Assembly: GCA_963666925.2 (NCBI GenBank)
Contig: CAXXTC010000007.1
Coordinates: 96,001-160,000, forward strand
Length of the DNA: 64,000 nt
Direction of reading: 5' to 3'
Source of the DNA: Phycisphaerae bacterium
GTDB lineage: Bacteria; Planctomycetota; Phycisphaerae; UBA1845; Fen-1342
Under the pieces are notes generated by a model. That model made no database searches and was not told the DNA's origin. It saw only the letters and a list, made by a program, of their open reading frames with translations. Positions 30,433-39,533 of this stretch are shown here, piece by piece. Numbering within the stretch: position 1 is the first letter of the stretch; every line of letters begins with the position of its first letter. The position numbers and the translations under genes are program-made.

Positions 30433-30777
30433 GTGAGTCCGCGCAACATCCCGCCGCTCGAATTCAAACGCGAAGGTGACCTGCTGCGCTTCAGCCTACT
30501 CCGGCAGGACGACATCCTCCCCGAACTTCCCCCCGACTACGAACTCGAATTGGCCGAGCAACTTGCCGACCTCCTCGCTGAGGGACCCACCCTCTCCGCC
30601 GAAATCGACCTCCGCGATGTACCCGCCATCAGCAGTCGCGAACTCGGGTCTATAATCGCTCTACAAAGAGTGTTGCGGCCCGCGGTCGGTCCGGTGCGCG
30701 TGGTCGGTGTCAGCAGCGGCGTACGCCACTTGCTCAAGCTCACCCGCACCGATCAGCTCTTCGACCTCCCGCAGTGA
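30433..30777 (+). CDS. STAS-domain protein
   Basis: IDLRDVPAISSRELG...VRHLLKLTR. Confidence 0.75.
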   Translation: MSPRNIPPLEFKREGDLLRFSLLRQDDILPELPPDYELELAEQLADLLAEGPTLSAEIDLRDVPAISSRELGSIIALQRVLRPAVGPVRVVGVSSGVRHLLKLTRTDQLFDLPQ

Positions 30778-30819
30778 CCGCCTACCCGGAATCGTTGTCA
30801 CGTTGCGAGGCCATCTCAC

Positions 30820-31044
30820 ATGTGCATGGAACGCTGGATCAGGCTCATTGCCGGGACCTTCGTCATGGCCAGTGCCGTCCTGGCCTGGTTTCACAGCCCG
30901 TACTGGCTCGCGCTTACCGCGTTCGTCGGGCTCAACCTCTTCCAATCAGCGCTCACCCGCTGGTGCCTCATGGAAGACATCCTGGCCAAACTCGGCATCC
31001 CCCCGTGTCAGCACGGCACCAGCGCCGAAAAGCCCACAACCTGA
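30820..31044 (+). CDS. DUF2892 (YgaP-like) membrane protein
   Basis: ERWIRLIAG...FVGLNLFQSALTRWCLM. Confidence 0.88.
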   Translation: MCMERWIRLIAGTFVMASAVLAWFHSPYWLALTAFVGLNLFQSALTRWCLMEDILAKLGIPPCQHGTSAEKPTT

Positions 31045-31082
31045 CCAGCCCGGCTTCTCACGCTGTCAGCATCTCATGCGAA

Positions 31083-31161
31083 GTGGGGCGGGCGTCTCGC
31101 CCGCCGTAGTGTGGCACAGGCTAATAGCCTGTGGCCGACGTGCCACTGTTCTTGAGCAGTG
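31083..31161. repeat. Composite REP array (three families in tandem)
   Basis: Family A at 31083-31105, GTGGCACAGGCTAATAGCCTGTG at 31111-31133, GTGCCACTGTTCTTGAGCAGTG at 31140-31161. Confidence 0.85.
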
Positions 31162-31195
31162 CTCCCCCCATGCCGCGAAGCGTACCGAGTAGCTG

Positions 31196-32356
31196 CTACC
31201 GCTCCACCGGCCGATACAACGTATCCCGCTCCACCGGCCTATACCCCGCCTCCGCAATCAGCCGGCGGATCTGCTCCACCGTCAGCTCCTGCCGATTCGT
31301 CCCGCCCCCCGTGCGCTTTGTGATGTCATACCACACCACCGTCCCGTCCAGATCATCCGCACCCCACTGGAGCGCCACCTGTGCCAACTTCGGCGTCAGC
31401 ATGATCCAGAACGCTTTGATATGCGGGATGTTGTCCAGCATCAGCCGGCTCACCGCCATCGTGCGCAAATCGTCCAGCCCCGTCGGACCCGGCAAATGTG
31501 CCAGCGCACTGCCCTCCGGGATAAACGCCAGCGGCACGAAACACTGAAACGCCGCTTGCCGCTCGGCCAGCGACGCGTCCTGGTGCTCGCGCAGCTTGAT
31601 CATGTGCGTCAATCGCTCGTCAACCGATTCGATATGCCCGTACAGCATGGTCGCGTTCGACGGAATGCCCAGTTCGTGCGCCACGCGATGCACGTCAAAC
31701 CAGTGTGTCGCCCCCACCTTGTTCTGAAACGCTTCCTCGTGCACGCGATCGTCGAATATCTCTGCTCCGCCGCCCGGCAGGCTGTTCAGCCCCGCCTCAC
31801 GCAGTGCCCTCAACACCTCGACAATGCTCATGCGCGGCTTGGCGATCCGGCCAAAATGCACAATCTCGATCGCAGTAAAGGCTTTGATGTGAATATCCGG
31901 GCAGCACGCCCGAATGGCCGCACACATGTCGGTGTAATAGGAAAACGGCAGCTTCGGATGCAACCCGCCGACGATGTGTATTTCCGTCGCGCCCTGTGCC
32001 CGCGCGTCGGCCGCCAGCTCTGCGATTTCCTCGACGGTATATTCGTACGCGTCGTCCGCCGGCGCCCCATGCGGGTTGAAATCGCGGCGAAACGCGCAGA
32101 ACGAGCAGCTCAGCACGCAGATATTCGTGTAGTTGATGTGCCGGTTGATGTTGTAGAACGCCGACCGCCCGTGCAGCCGATCGCGAACTTCTGTCGCCAG
32201 TCGCCCCAACCCGTGCAAGTCCGGCGTTTCGAACAGAACTAGCCCGTCGTCCAGGCTCAACCGCTGGTTGGAGCCAACCTTCTCAGCAATCTCTTCCAGC
32301 CGGCGATCCGTAAATGTGATTCGTGCCGATATCGTTTCGTCGGGAGCGGTTTTCAT
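31196..32356 (-). CDS. mqnE: Aminofutalosine synthase (radical SAM, futalosine menaquinone pathway)
   Basis: NRHINYTNICVLSCSFC, EIHIVGGLHP, PGGGAEIF, ATMLYGHIE, HIKAFW, DDLDGTV. Confidence 0.9.
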   Translation of the reverse strand: MKTAPDETISARITFTDRRLEEIAEKVGSNQRLSLDDGLVLFETPDLHGLGRLATEVRDRLHGRSAFYNINRHINYTNICVLSCSFCAFRRDFNPHGAPADDAYEYTVEEIAELAADARAQGATEIHIVGGLHPKLPFSYYTDMCAAIRACCPDIHIKAFTAIEIVHFGRIAKPRMSIVEVLRALREAGLNSLPGGGAEIFDDRVHEEAFQNKVGATHWFDVHRVAHELGIPSNATMLYGHIESVDERLTHMIKLREHQDASLAERQAAFQCFVPLAFIPEGSALAHLPGPTGLDDLRTMAVSRLMLDNIPHIKAFWIMLTPKLAQVALQWGADDLDGTVVWYDITKRTGGGTNRQELTVEQIRRLIAEAGYRPVERDTLYRPVER

Positions 32357-32549
32357 ATCTCGTCCAGCGTCAACGTCCGATACGCGCCGGTAAGTGGCTT
32401 GCCCGGCAGTGGTTTCTCAACGCGGGTGGCTGCTGCGATGTCGCCGATTGTAACATGCGGGAACAAATGCCGCCGCTTGGCGGTTATGCCCGACAGAATC
32501 GCAGATGAAATGATTATCCGCCCTCCTGTGGCGGCACGGAGAGCAACCC

Positions 32550-33125
32550 ATGAAGGGCAACCTGGGGCCACTCGTGATGATCGCACTGCTGGCGGGCTAC
32601 GTGATCTTCCGCCTGGCCAGTCCGGCCGGCTCAACCTGAGGGGCATTGCCCGTTGCGCCCGGTTCGGGTCGCACCGCTGTCGCCAATACCGCGCCGCCCA
32701 CGCCCACCTTCGAGGCCGACACCCTCGCCGGCCAGCACCTCAATTTCCCGGACGACTTCTCGGGCAAGCTCGTGCTGCTCGATTTCTGGGCCACCTGGTG
32801 CGGATCCTGCCGCGCCCAACTGCCCCAGCTCGTCGAGCTGAACAAACAGTATTCGGACCAGGGCCTGCAAATCGTCGGCATCACCCTGGACGCCTTCCAG
32901 CGCGTTTCCGCCGACCGTGTGAAACAGTTCACCAAAGACAACAACATGCCCTGGCCACAGGTGTACGCTGACGCTACGCAGGTCGCTCAGAAGTTCGGCG
33001 TCTCGGCCATCCCCGCGGTTTTTCTCATCGACGGCAGCACTGGCCGGCTGATCGCGTCCGGTAAGGACCTTCACGGCGATACGCTCAACGCCACAATCAA
33101 AAAAAACCTCCCAGCCCGCAACTGA
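32550..33125 (+). CDS. TlpA/ResA-like thiol-disulfide oxidoreductase with in-frame TGA at codon 30 (possible selenocysteine)
   Basis: ATG at 32550 after a GGAGAG RBS gives MKGNLGPLVMIALLAGYVIFRLASPAGST-TGA-GALP, in frame with the track ORF 32646 (LDFWATWCGSC). Confidence 0.8.
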
Positions 33126-33368
33126 ACGCTGCAACGTCTAGACCCGACGCGGGTATCAACTCTCGGAACACAGAGACTCAGAACGCTTGCTAGTGCCTCC
33201 CTACCTTCCGCGGTGCCGGCGGCCAGAGGACCGAATCGTTTTCGGACTACCCCTTTGGCCGCCGGCACCTTGCCTTTTGGCTCATTCCTCCCACCTCGCT
33301 ATCATGCGGACGCAAAACCAGTCCCCCGGCTCATCGCCAGGGGACCACGACACTTAGGAGACAAACTC

Positions 33369-33614
33369 ATGCAGGTGTTCTGGACCGGCGGCGGACCTGG
33401 GGGATTCTGGTTTGGGCCAGCCCTGCTCGGCGTGCTGCTGATCCTGCTCGGAATATTGCTCTACATCGTCCCCCAACTCCTCGCCTACGTCGTCGCCGGA
33501 ATCTTCATCATCTCCGGTTCCGGACTGCTCGCCACCGCCTGGCGCATGCGACAACAAATCACGTACCGCCGAATCGAACGCGACGACGATTCCCCCAACT
33601 TCCCCTTCCAATAA
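33369..33614 (+). CDS. Small two-TM membrane protein
   Basis: AGGAG RBS and two hydrophobic helices. Confidence 0.7.
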   Translation: MQVFWTGGGPGGFWFGPALLGVLLILLGILLYIVPQLLAYVVAGIFIISGSGLLATAWRMRQQITYRRIERDDDSPNFPFQ

Positions 33615-33631
33615 TCACCTGACCGACAAAA

Positions 33632-33862
33632 TCAGGCCAGGAAGCTCTGCACCGTATCCAGGATGAGTTGGGCGCTCTCCGCTTCCTGCGCTTCCTCGGC
33701 CAAGTCGACAAGCGCACTCAGAAACGACGCAAACAGGCTCGTCGACGTCGTTATCAGCCCGTCCTCAACCGTGCTGCTGATGTTCTCGTCGCAGCCGTCC
33801 AGGAAAAAGGCCGATCCGCAGGCCAGAGCCGCGATTCGCCGCCAGATTCGCCAGGTGCGCAT
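33632..33862 (-). CDS. Small exported or lipoprotein-like hypothetical protein
   Basis: Basic N-terminus MRTWRIWRR, hydrophobic stretch, LDGC. GGAG RBS. Confidence 0.6.
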   Translation of the reverse strand: MRTWRIWRRIAALACGSAFFLDGCDENISSTVEDGLITTSTSLFASFLSALVDLAEEAQEAESAQLILDTVQSFLA

Positions 33863-34151
33863 GTTCAACTCCAATCCTGACAGATGGGTTACTTCGGCAG
33901 CATGTTAGTCCCTTCCCGACTGTTCTGCCAGGGCCGGGACGCTGCCGCCGGCGCACGCCCCACGTCCGCGTAACTCGTACCCGCCCCAACCCCCTCGGCG
34001 ATGCTTATAAGGCGTCGTGTTTCCCGGTTGATACGGGCCCGTTCAATTTCGTCTCACGCCGCCAGACCCGTGCCCGTTCTTCTTCAAGTCCCGCTGGGTG
34101 GCCACCGATGCTCCGATGGTATGGCAGTTTTGTATGGAGAACGCATCGTCA

Positions 34152-35990
34152 ATGTCCACGGATAACGTGCCACCGACATCTGCACCCGTGGGCCTGCGCC
34201 TCCGCCGGTACTTATGGGACGGCGTACTCCCCGAAGCCCTCGGGTTGGGCTTCGTGGCGATCATCCTGGGTGGCTTCGTGGCGGCATACTTCGTCGCGGA
34301 CTACTCCTGGTCACGCCAGACCGATGCCACCCATCAGTCCCAGGTGCAAACGTTGGCGCAGGTCACCGCAACCAGTCTCGGTGCGCTCGATGAGAACGAC
34401 GGCACCGGCACTCGCCTGCTCCTCCAGCAGCTCGGCGAACTGCCCACGCTCCAGACTGTCCGTTGGCTCACGCCCGCCGGTACCGTTCGCTGCGCTTGGC
34501 CGCCCACCCTCATCAACGCCCGCCCCGGTACCGCCGCCGCCGATCGCTGCACCGCAACAGTCCCCGTACGCACACCCACCGGCACCGACCTGGGCTCACT
34601 ACAGATCATCTGCGCCGCACCACCAATCGGCGGCTTCCGCGCCGCAATGCTCTGGACCTGGGGCATTGCCGCCGGCGTTACCCTGCTCGTGTTCGCCCTC
34701 GTCTATCACCGCCTCCGCCGACACCTCAAGCCCGTTGCGGCCATCGAACGAAACCTGCTCGGCTACGCCTCTGGCATCGAACACGAACTCGTCACGCTAA
34801 CCCTCAGCGACTCACTCGGCAGCGTCGCCCAGGGCTGGAACGCTCTCATCCGACAACTCGCCGACATCGAACAGAAAGTCAAGAGCACCCAGACCACCGG
34901 ACAGTCACAGGCTGTCCTCGCACGATTCGAGGGGGCCGTCTATCGACGACTCATCGACCACCTACCCTTCGGCGTGCTCAGTATCGGCGAGGACTGCGTG
35001 GTCAAGTATGCCAACGCGGCGGCCGGCGCCCTGCTCCATCGCGAACTCGACGTCGTCGTCGGGCACGTCGTCGACGAAGGACTCGACAACGCCGCCATCG
35101 CCCAAGCCATCGCCGGCGCCCGCTCCCGCACCGGCGCCAGCCTGACCGTCGACGATACCCGCGGCGAGGGCGACCAGGAGGTCACGCTGCGTTTTCGCAT
35201 CATGGCCCTGCCCGGACGCAGCGGCGGCGGCGAGTTGCTGGTGACTATCGAGGACATCGGCCAGCTACGCGAAAACGAACGTGCCCGCGACAGCTTCCTC
35301 TATCACGTCACTCACGAGCTGCGCACTCCACTCACCAATATCCACGCCTACGTCGAAACACTCATGCAGCCCGACTTCGACGACGAGCAGACCCGCAAGG
35401 AGTGCTATAACGTCATCATCAGCGAGACCCGCCGACTCTCACGTCTCGTCGAGGATATCCTCAGCGTCTCGCAGCTCGAAGTCGGCACCGCCCGCCTCGA
35501 AATGGACGACGTCGACCTGCTTCGGCTTGTCCGCCAGATGGTCCAGGACAATCTCGGCGGCGCCGACGAGTGCCAGATCGACCTTACGCTCGCCCTGCCG
35601 CCAAAGGTCCCCAAGATCAAGGGCGACAAGCAGAGACTCGCCGTCCTGTTCAACAACCTTATCGGAAACGCCATCAAGTACACGCCCGCCGGCGGCAAGG
35701 TCACCGTCCAGGTCGAAGTCGCCGACCAGTCCGTCCTCATTGCCATTACCGATACCGGCATCGGCATCGCCCCCGACGACCAGGCCCGAGTCTTCGAAAA
35801 GTTCTACCGCGCCGCCGACAACGCCGTTCAGGAAATCCCCGGCACCGGACTCGGCCTGGCACTCGCACGCGAGGTCGCTCGCCTGCATGGCGGCGACATC
35901 CGGCTCACGAGCCAGCTCGGCCAGGGCACTACTTTCACCATCGACTTGCCGGTTTCGCTTTCCCGGCACGCGGAGGTAACCCAGAAATGA
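34152..35990 (+). CDS. Membrane sensor histidine kinase (PAS-HisKA-HATPase)
   Basis: Two TM segments, THELRTPL H-box, NLIGNAIKY, DTGIGI, GTGLGL. Start could be 34098-34152. Confidence 0.93.
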   Translation: MSTDNVPPTSAPVGLRLRRYLWDGVLPEALGLGFVAIILGGFVAAYFVADYSWSRQTDATHQSQVQTLAQVTATSLGALDENDGTGTRLLLQQLGELPTLQTVRWLTPAGTVRCAWPPTLINARPGTAAADRCTATVPVRTPTGTDLGSLQIICAAPPIGGFRAAMLWTWGIAAGVTLLVFALVYHRLRRHLKPVAAIERNLLGYASGIEHELVTLTLSDSLGSVAQGWNALIRQLADIEQKVKSTQTTGQSQAVLARFEGAVYRRLIDHLPFGVLSIGEDCVVKYANAAAGALLHRELDVVVGHVVDEGLDNAAIAQAIAGARSRTGASLTVDDTRGEGDQEVTLRFRIMALPGRSGGGELLVTIEDIGQLRENERARDSFLYHVTHELRTPLTNIHAYVETLMQPDFDDEQTRKECYNVIISETRRLSRLVEDILSVSQLEVGTARLEMDDVDLLRLVRQMVQDNLGGADECQIDLTLALPPKVPKIKGDKQRLAVLFNNLIGNAIKYTPAGGKVTVQVEVADQSVLIAITDTGIGIAPDDQARVFEKFYRAADNAVQEIPGTGLGLALAREVARLHGGDIRLTSQLGQGTTFTIDLPVSLSRHAEVTQK

Positions 35991-36370
35991 GTCGCATTCT
36001 CGTTGCCGAGGACGACCCGCACATTCTGCGGTTGATCAGCATGTGGCTCAAACGCCAGAACCACGACGTGATCGAGGCCCGTAACGGGCTCATCGCCCGC
36101 GACCTCATCCGTGAGCACCCCGTCGATATCCTGATCTCCGACGTGAACATGCCCGGAATCGACGGCCTCGAACTCGTCGAAATGGCCCTCGACGAAGACC
36201 GCGTCCAACGCGGCGTCGTCGTCCTGACCAATCGTTGGGACCACGGCGACATTCGTGTTCGACTCTCACAACGCGGCGTGCAGGTGCTCCCCAAACCTTT
36301 CAGCCCATCACGTCTCGCTGAAGTAGTGGACGGGCTGCTCGCGTCCCACGTTACGAAACCACCGGCCTAG
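35987..36370 (+). CDS. Single-domain response regulator
   Basis: MSRILVAEDD, SDVNMPGIDG, KPF. ATGA overlap with the kinase gene. Confidence 0.92.
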   Translation: MSRILVAEDDPHILRLISMWLKRQNHDVIEARNGLIARDLIREHPVDILISDVNMPGIDGLELVEMALDEDRVQRGVVVLTNRWDHGDIRVRLSQRGVQVLPKPFSPSRLAEVVDGLLASHVTKPPA

Positions 36371-36401
36371 GCCGGGCTCAGACAGCAAAGAGGTTGATGC
36401 A

Positions 36402-37946
36402 ATGTCAGCGGACAAGCGCACCGGTCCCGACGAGTTATTGCTTCGCGACCTCGTCGCGGGGATGTCGCTGCCCGTCTGCGCACCGCACGTTTCGGTGGGC
36501 ATAGTCGGTGGTGCAACCTTCGCTCCACAGCCGCCCGAGCACTGCCTCCGTACCTGTCTGGCGGACAATCCCGAAACCATCGCTTCCCGTGGCTGCGCTT
36601 TCCTCTCCGCCGCCGCCCGCAACGATGTCAACCCCGCTCACTTGCGCGGCGACCGCTGCCCCCAGGGCTACCGCGTCGCCGGACAGCACACCAACCTCGG
36701 TGGAGAGGCCGCCACGTTGCTGACCGTAGAGGGCGCGCTGCGCGGCGGAGTCCCCCAGCCCGATGGCGCCAACCTCCTCCAGCACCTCGATGCCGCCGGC
36801 CGTGTCGTCCAACGCGTCGGACAAATCCTCGAAGAAAACTCCGGCTTCGCCGACGAGGTCCTGCAAAACTACGAACAGCTCAACCTCATCTTCGACCTCA
36901 CCCAGCAGATCGTCCTCGTCACCGACGCAATCGCGATCGAGGATCTGCTGATGCGCCGTGTGGCCCATCTGCTCGGCGCGCCGGCCGTCTGTGTCTTCAC
37001 CCACGACAACGACGTACGCGTCTATCCGGACGGTAACGTCGCCAGCGATACGGTCACACCCGTCAGCGCGACCGACGCCGCTGCCGCCATCGATGTCGTC
37101 CGCAACACCCGCCGCGTACAGGTCACTCTCATCGGCGGACGCCAGGCCATTGCCGGGCCGCTGATCCGTCTCGACGACCACGTCGATGTTGCCGTCGCCG
37201 TCCGACGCCCGAATCGCGGCGCCTTCACTTCCGGCGACATGATGCTCATGGAGTCGGTGCTCGCATTCGGCGGACAGATCATCAGCAACAGCGAACTGCA
37301 TCAGCGCATGCGCTCGATGTCGTTGCAGGTCACCCGCGCACTGGTCGCCGCCATCGACAAGAAGGACCACTACACCAGCGGCCATTCCGAACGCGGCGGC
37401 TTCCTCACCCGCCTGATCGCCGAGGAGTTCGGCCTCAGCCAGACCGAGTTGCAGATCATGGAATGGGCCGGCCTGCTCCACGACGTCGGCAAGATCGGCA
37501 TTCCCGAGGAAATCCTCTGCAAGCCCGGCAAGCTTACCCCGGAAGAGTACGAGGTCATCAAGCAGCATCCCCGCATGGGCTACGAGATCCTCAAGCCAAT
37601 CTCCAGCCTCGGAATGGTGCTCGACGGCGTACTCTATCACCACGAACATCCCGACGGCAGCGGCTATCCCGAAGGCCTCAAGGGCGACCAGATCCCGTTC
37701 GTCGCACGCATCATTCACGTCGCCGACACTTTCGATGCCCTGACCTCAACCCGTTCATATCGCCAGGCCTTCAGCGTCGAAAAAGCTTTCGAGATCATTC
37801 GCACTGAGCGCGGCACACGCATCGACACCGAGGTGGCCGACGTGTTCTTCCGCGCCTTCGAACGCTTCTGTCGCGAACAGCCCGAAGAGTACGTGCGCCA
37901 GTTCCCCAACCTCCACACCCCGGAGGAAAAACATGTTGGCGTGTGA
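36402..37946 (+). CDS. GAF-like plus HD-GYP cyclic-dinucleotide phosphodiesterase
   Basis: DHYTSGHS, LLHDVGKIG, HHEHPDGSGYP, VADTFDA. Confidence 0.92.
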   Translation: MSADKRTGPDELLLRDLVAGMSLPVCAPHVSVGIVGGATFAPQPPEHCLRTCLADNPETIASRGCAFLSAAARNDVNPAHLRGDRCPQGYRVAGQHTNLGGEAATLLTVEGALRGGVPQPDGANLLQHLDAAGRVVQRVGQILEENSGFADEVLQNYEQLNLIFDLTQQIVLVTDAIAIEDLLMRRVAHLLGAPAVCVFTHDNDVRVYPDGNVASDTVTPVSATDAAAAIDVVRNTRRVQVTLIGGRQAIAGPLIRLDDHVDVAVAVRRPNRGAFTSGDMMLMESVLAFGGQIISNSELHQRMRSMSLQVTRALVAAIDKKDHYTSGHSERGGFLTRLIAEEFGLSQTELQIMEWAGLLHDVGKIGIPEEILCKPGKLTPEEYEVIKQHPRMGYEILKPISSLGMVLDGVLYHHEHPDGSGYPEGLKGDQIPFVARIIHVADTFDALTSTRSYRQAFSVEKAFEIIRTERGTRIDTEVADVFFRAFERFCREQPEEYVRQFPNLHTPEEKHVGV

Positions 37947-39183
37947 TCTGGCGCTGCTGTTTCCACTGGCCGACGGCGCCAATGCCACGCCGCTGCTGGC
38001 CAGCGAGGGCAGAATCCTGCTAATCGGCCTCACCGTTGCCGGCGTTGCCCTGCTGATCGGTACCGTCAGCCTCTGGCTGAATCGCCGCCGATCCGCCGAC
38101 ACTACCTTTCCCCAACTCGAACCCCACGGCGTACAACACCCGATCCTGCCGGCCTTACAGCACGAAGAATCCACCACCCTCGGACCAATCACAACCGCAA
38201 TCCAACGCTGGCTGGATGAGTTGAGCGAGGCCCGGGACATCTGGGGCACCCTCGATCTGCTAATCCGCCAGGTGCTTGCCCAGCAGCTTAACGCCCGGCA
38301 CGTACGCTGCTATCACGTGCGTTCCGGCCACGATACCATCGAGCCGCTGACCTCCTCACCGAATACCACCCCGACCGAGAGCAGTGCTCGCGCCGGCGTC
38401 CTCGGCCACGTCGCCACAACCGGTCGCGAGTACCTCGCCGACGACCCCTCGCACGGCGAACTCGTCGACGACCTCGCCGCACGCTGTCGCGAACATTGGG
38501 CCTGGGTCTGGCCCGTGATCGGAACCGACGGACCCATCGGCGTCATCGCCGTCGGAGAGAGCACCGGCCCAGCCGATACTATCGCCACACACCGCGCCGC
38601 CGTCGCCCAGTTGCTCACCTTCTGTTGGCGACACGTCCTCGCCACCGAGCAGTTGCAGCTCGTTCGCCGTACCGACCACGCTTCCGGCGTGCTTACCCGG
38701 CACGAGTTCTTCACGCTCGCCGAGAGCGCCCTGAACGACTCCTACGCCGCCAACGAGCCCGTCGTCGTCGCTGTCCTGGTACTCGAAGGGCTCCGCGGCC
38801 TTGATGACGACGGACGCTGGCGCGAACGTGACGGATTGGTCGAGCAGGTCGGCCGCCTGATCGCCGCACGAGTACGCAGCGACGACCTAGTCGGACGCTT
38901 CGCCGACGATCGCTTCGTCGTCCTGCTACGCCGACTCGATAGCGGGCTCGGCCGCCTGATCGCCGAGAAGATGCTGATCGCCATCAACGAAACCATCGGC
39001 GAACTCGGCGAGCTGCGCGAAGTCGTACGCCTGCGACTCGGACTGTCCGGCTCCGGCCTGCGCCAACCCGCCTTCACCGAACTGCTCGAGCGGGCCTTCG
39101 ATGCCGTCGAACGCGCCCGCACTGCCAATGTCTCGCTCGAATGCGATCTCCCCACGCACGGCACGCCTGGACAACAGTCATGA
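37933..39183 (+). CDS. Membrane-anchored GAF plus degenerate GGDEF-domain protein
   Basis: DHASGVLTR...RVRSDDLVGRFADDRFVVLL, with GGDEF replaced by ADDRF. Confidence 0.8.
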   Translation: MLACDLALLFPLADGANATPLLASEGRILLIGLTVAGVALLIGTVSLWLNRRRSADTTFPQLEPHGVQHPILPALQHEESTTLGPITTAIQRWLDELSEARDIWGTLDLLIRQVLAQQLNARHVRCYHVRSGHDTIEPLTSSPNTTPTESSARAGVLGHVATTGREYLADDPSHGELVDDLAARCREHWAWVWPVIGTDGPIGVIAVGESTGPADTIATHRAAVAQLLTFCWRHVLATEQLQLVRRTDHASGVLTRHEFFTLAESALNDSYAANEPVVVAVLVLEGLRGLDDDGRWRERDGLVEQVGRLIAARVRSDDLVGRFADDRFVVLLRRLDSGLGRLIAEKMLIAINETIGELGELREVVRLRLGLSGSGLRQPAFTELLERAFDAVERARTANVSLECDLPTHGTPGQQS

Positions 39184-39518
39184 AAGTGCATTGCCAGCCA
39201 CACGGGAAGGTCACTGTGCTCGTGCCGCACGGGCCACTCGTTACCGACGAAGTCGTCTACCTGCGCTGTAGTATCGAAGAGGCCGTCGCGTCGGCTGCCA
39301 AACGCGTCGTCATTGACATGGCCGACGTGCCATACCTAGACAGCGCCGGCATCGAGCTCCTGCTCGAAACTTGTGGCTTGCAGCTCTCAACCGCGCAGCG
39401 CCCCAAGCTGGCCGCCTTCAGCGAAACCTGCCGCGAGGCGCTCGAATTGACCGATGTTCTGCCCCGACTCGAAGCCTTCGACTCCGTGGATAGTGCCCTG
39501 CGGAGTTGCCAACGCTGA
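39180..39518 (+). CDS. STAS-domain anti-sigma-factor antagonist
   Basis: VVIDMADVPYLDSAGIELL. Confidence 0.88.
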   Translation: MKVHCQPHGKVTVLVPHGPLVTDEVVYLRCSIEEAVASAAKRVVIDMADVPYLDSAGIELLLETCGLQLSTAQRPKLAAFSETCREALELTDVLPRLEAFDSVDSALRSCQR

Positions 39519-39533
39519 TGAAGGAGGGTTCTC

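Noticed and set aside
33295..33360. GGACGCAAAACC resembling part of a c-di-GMP-I riboswitch
   Set aside because: The upstream GGCAAAC...GAAA stem is absent.
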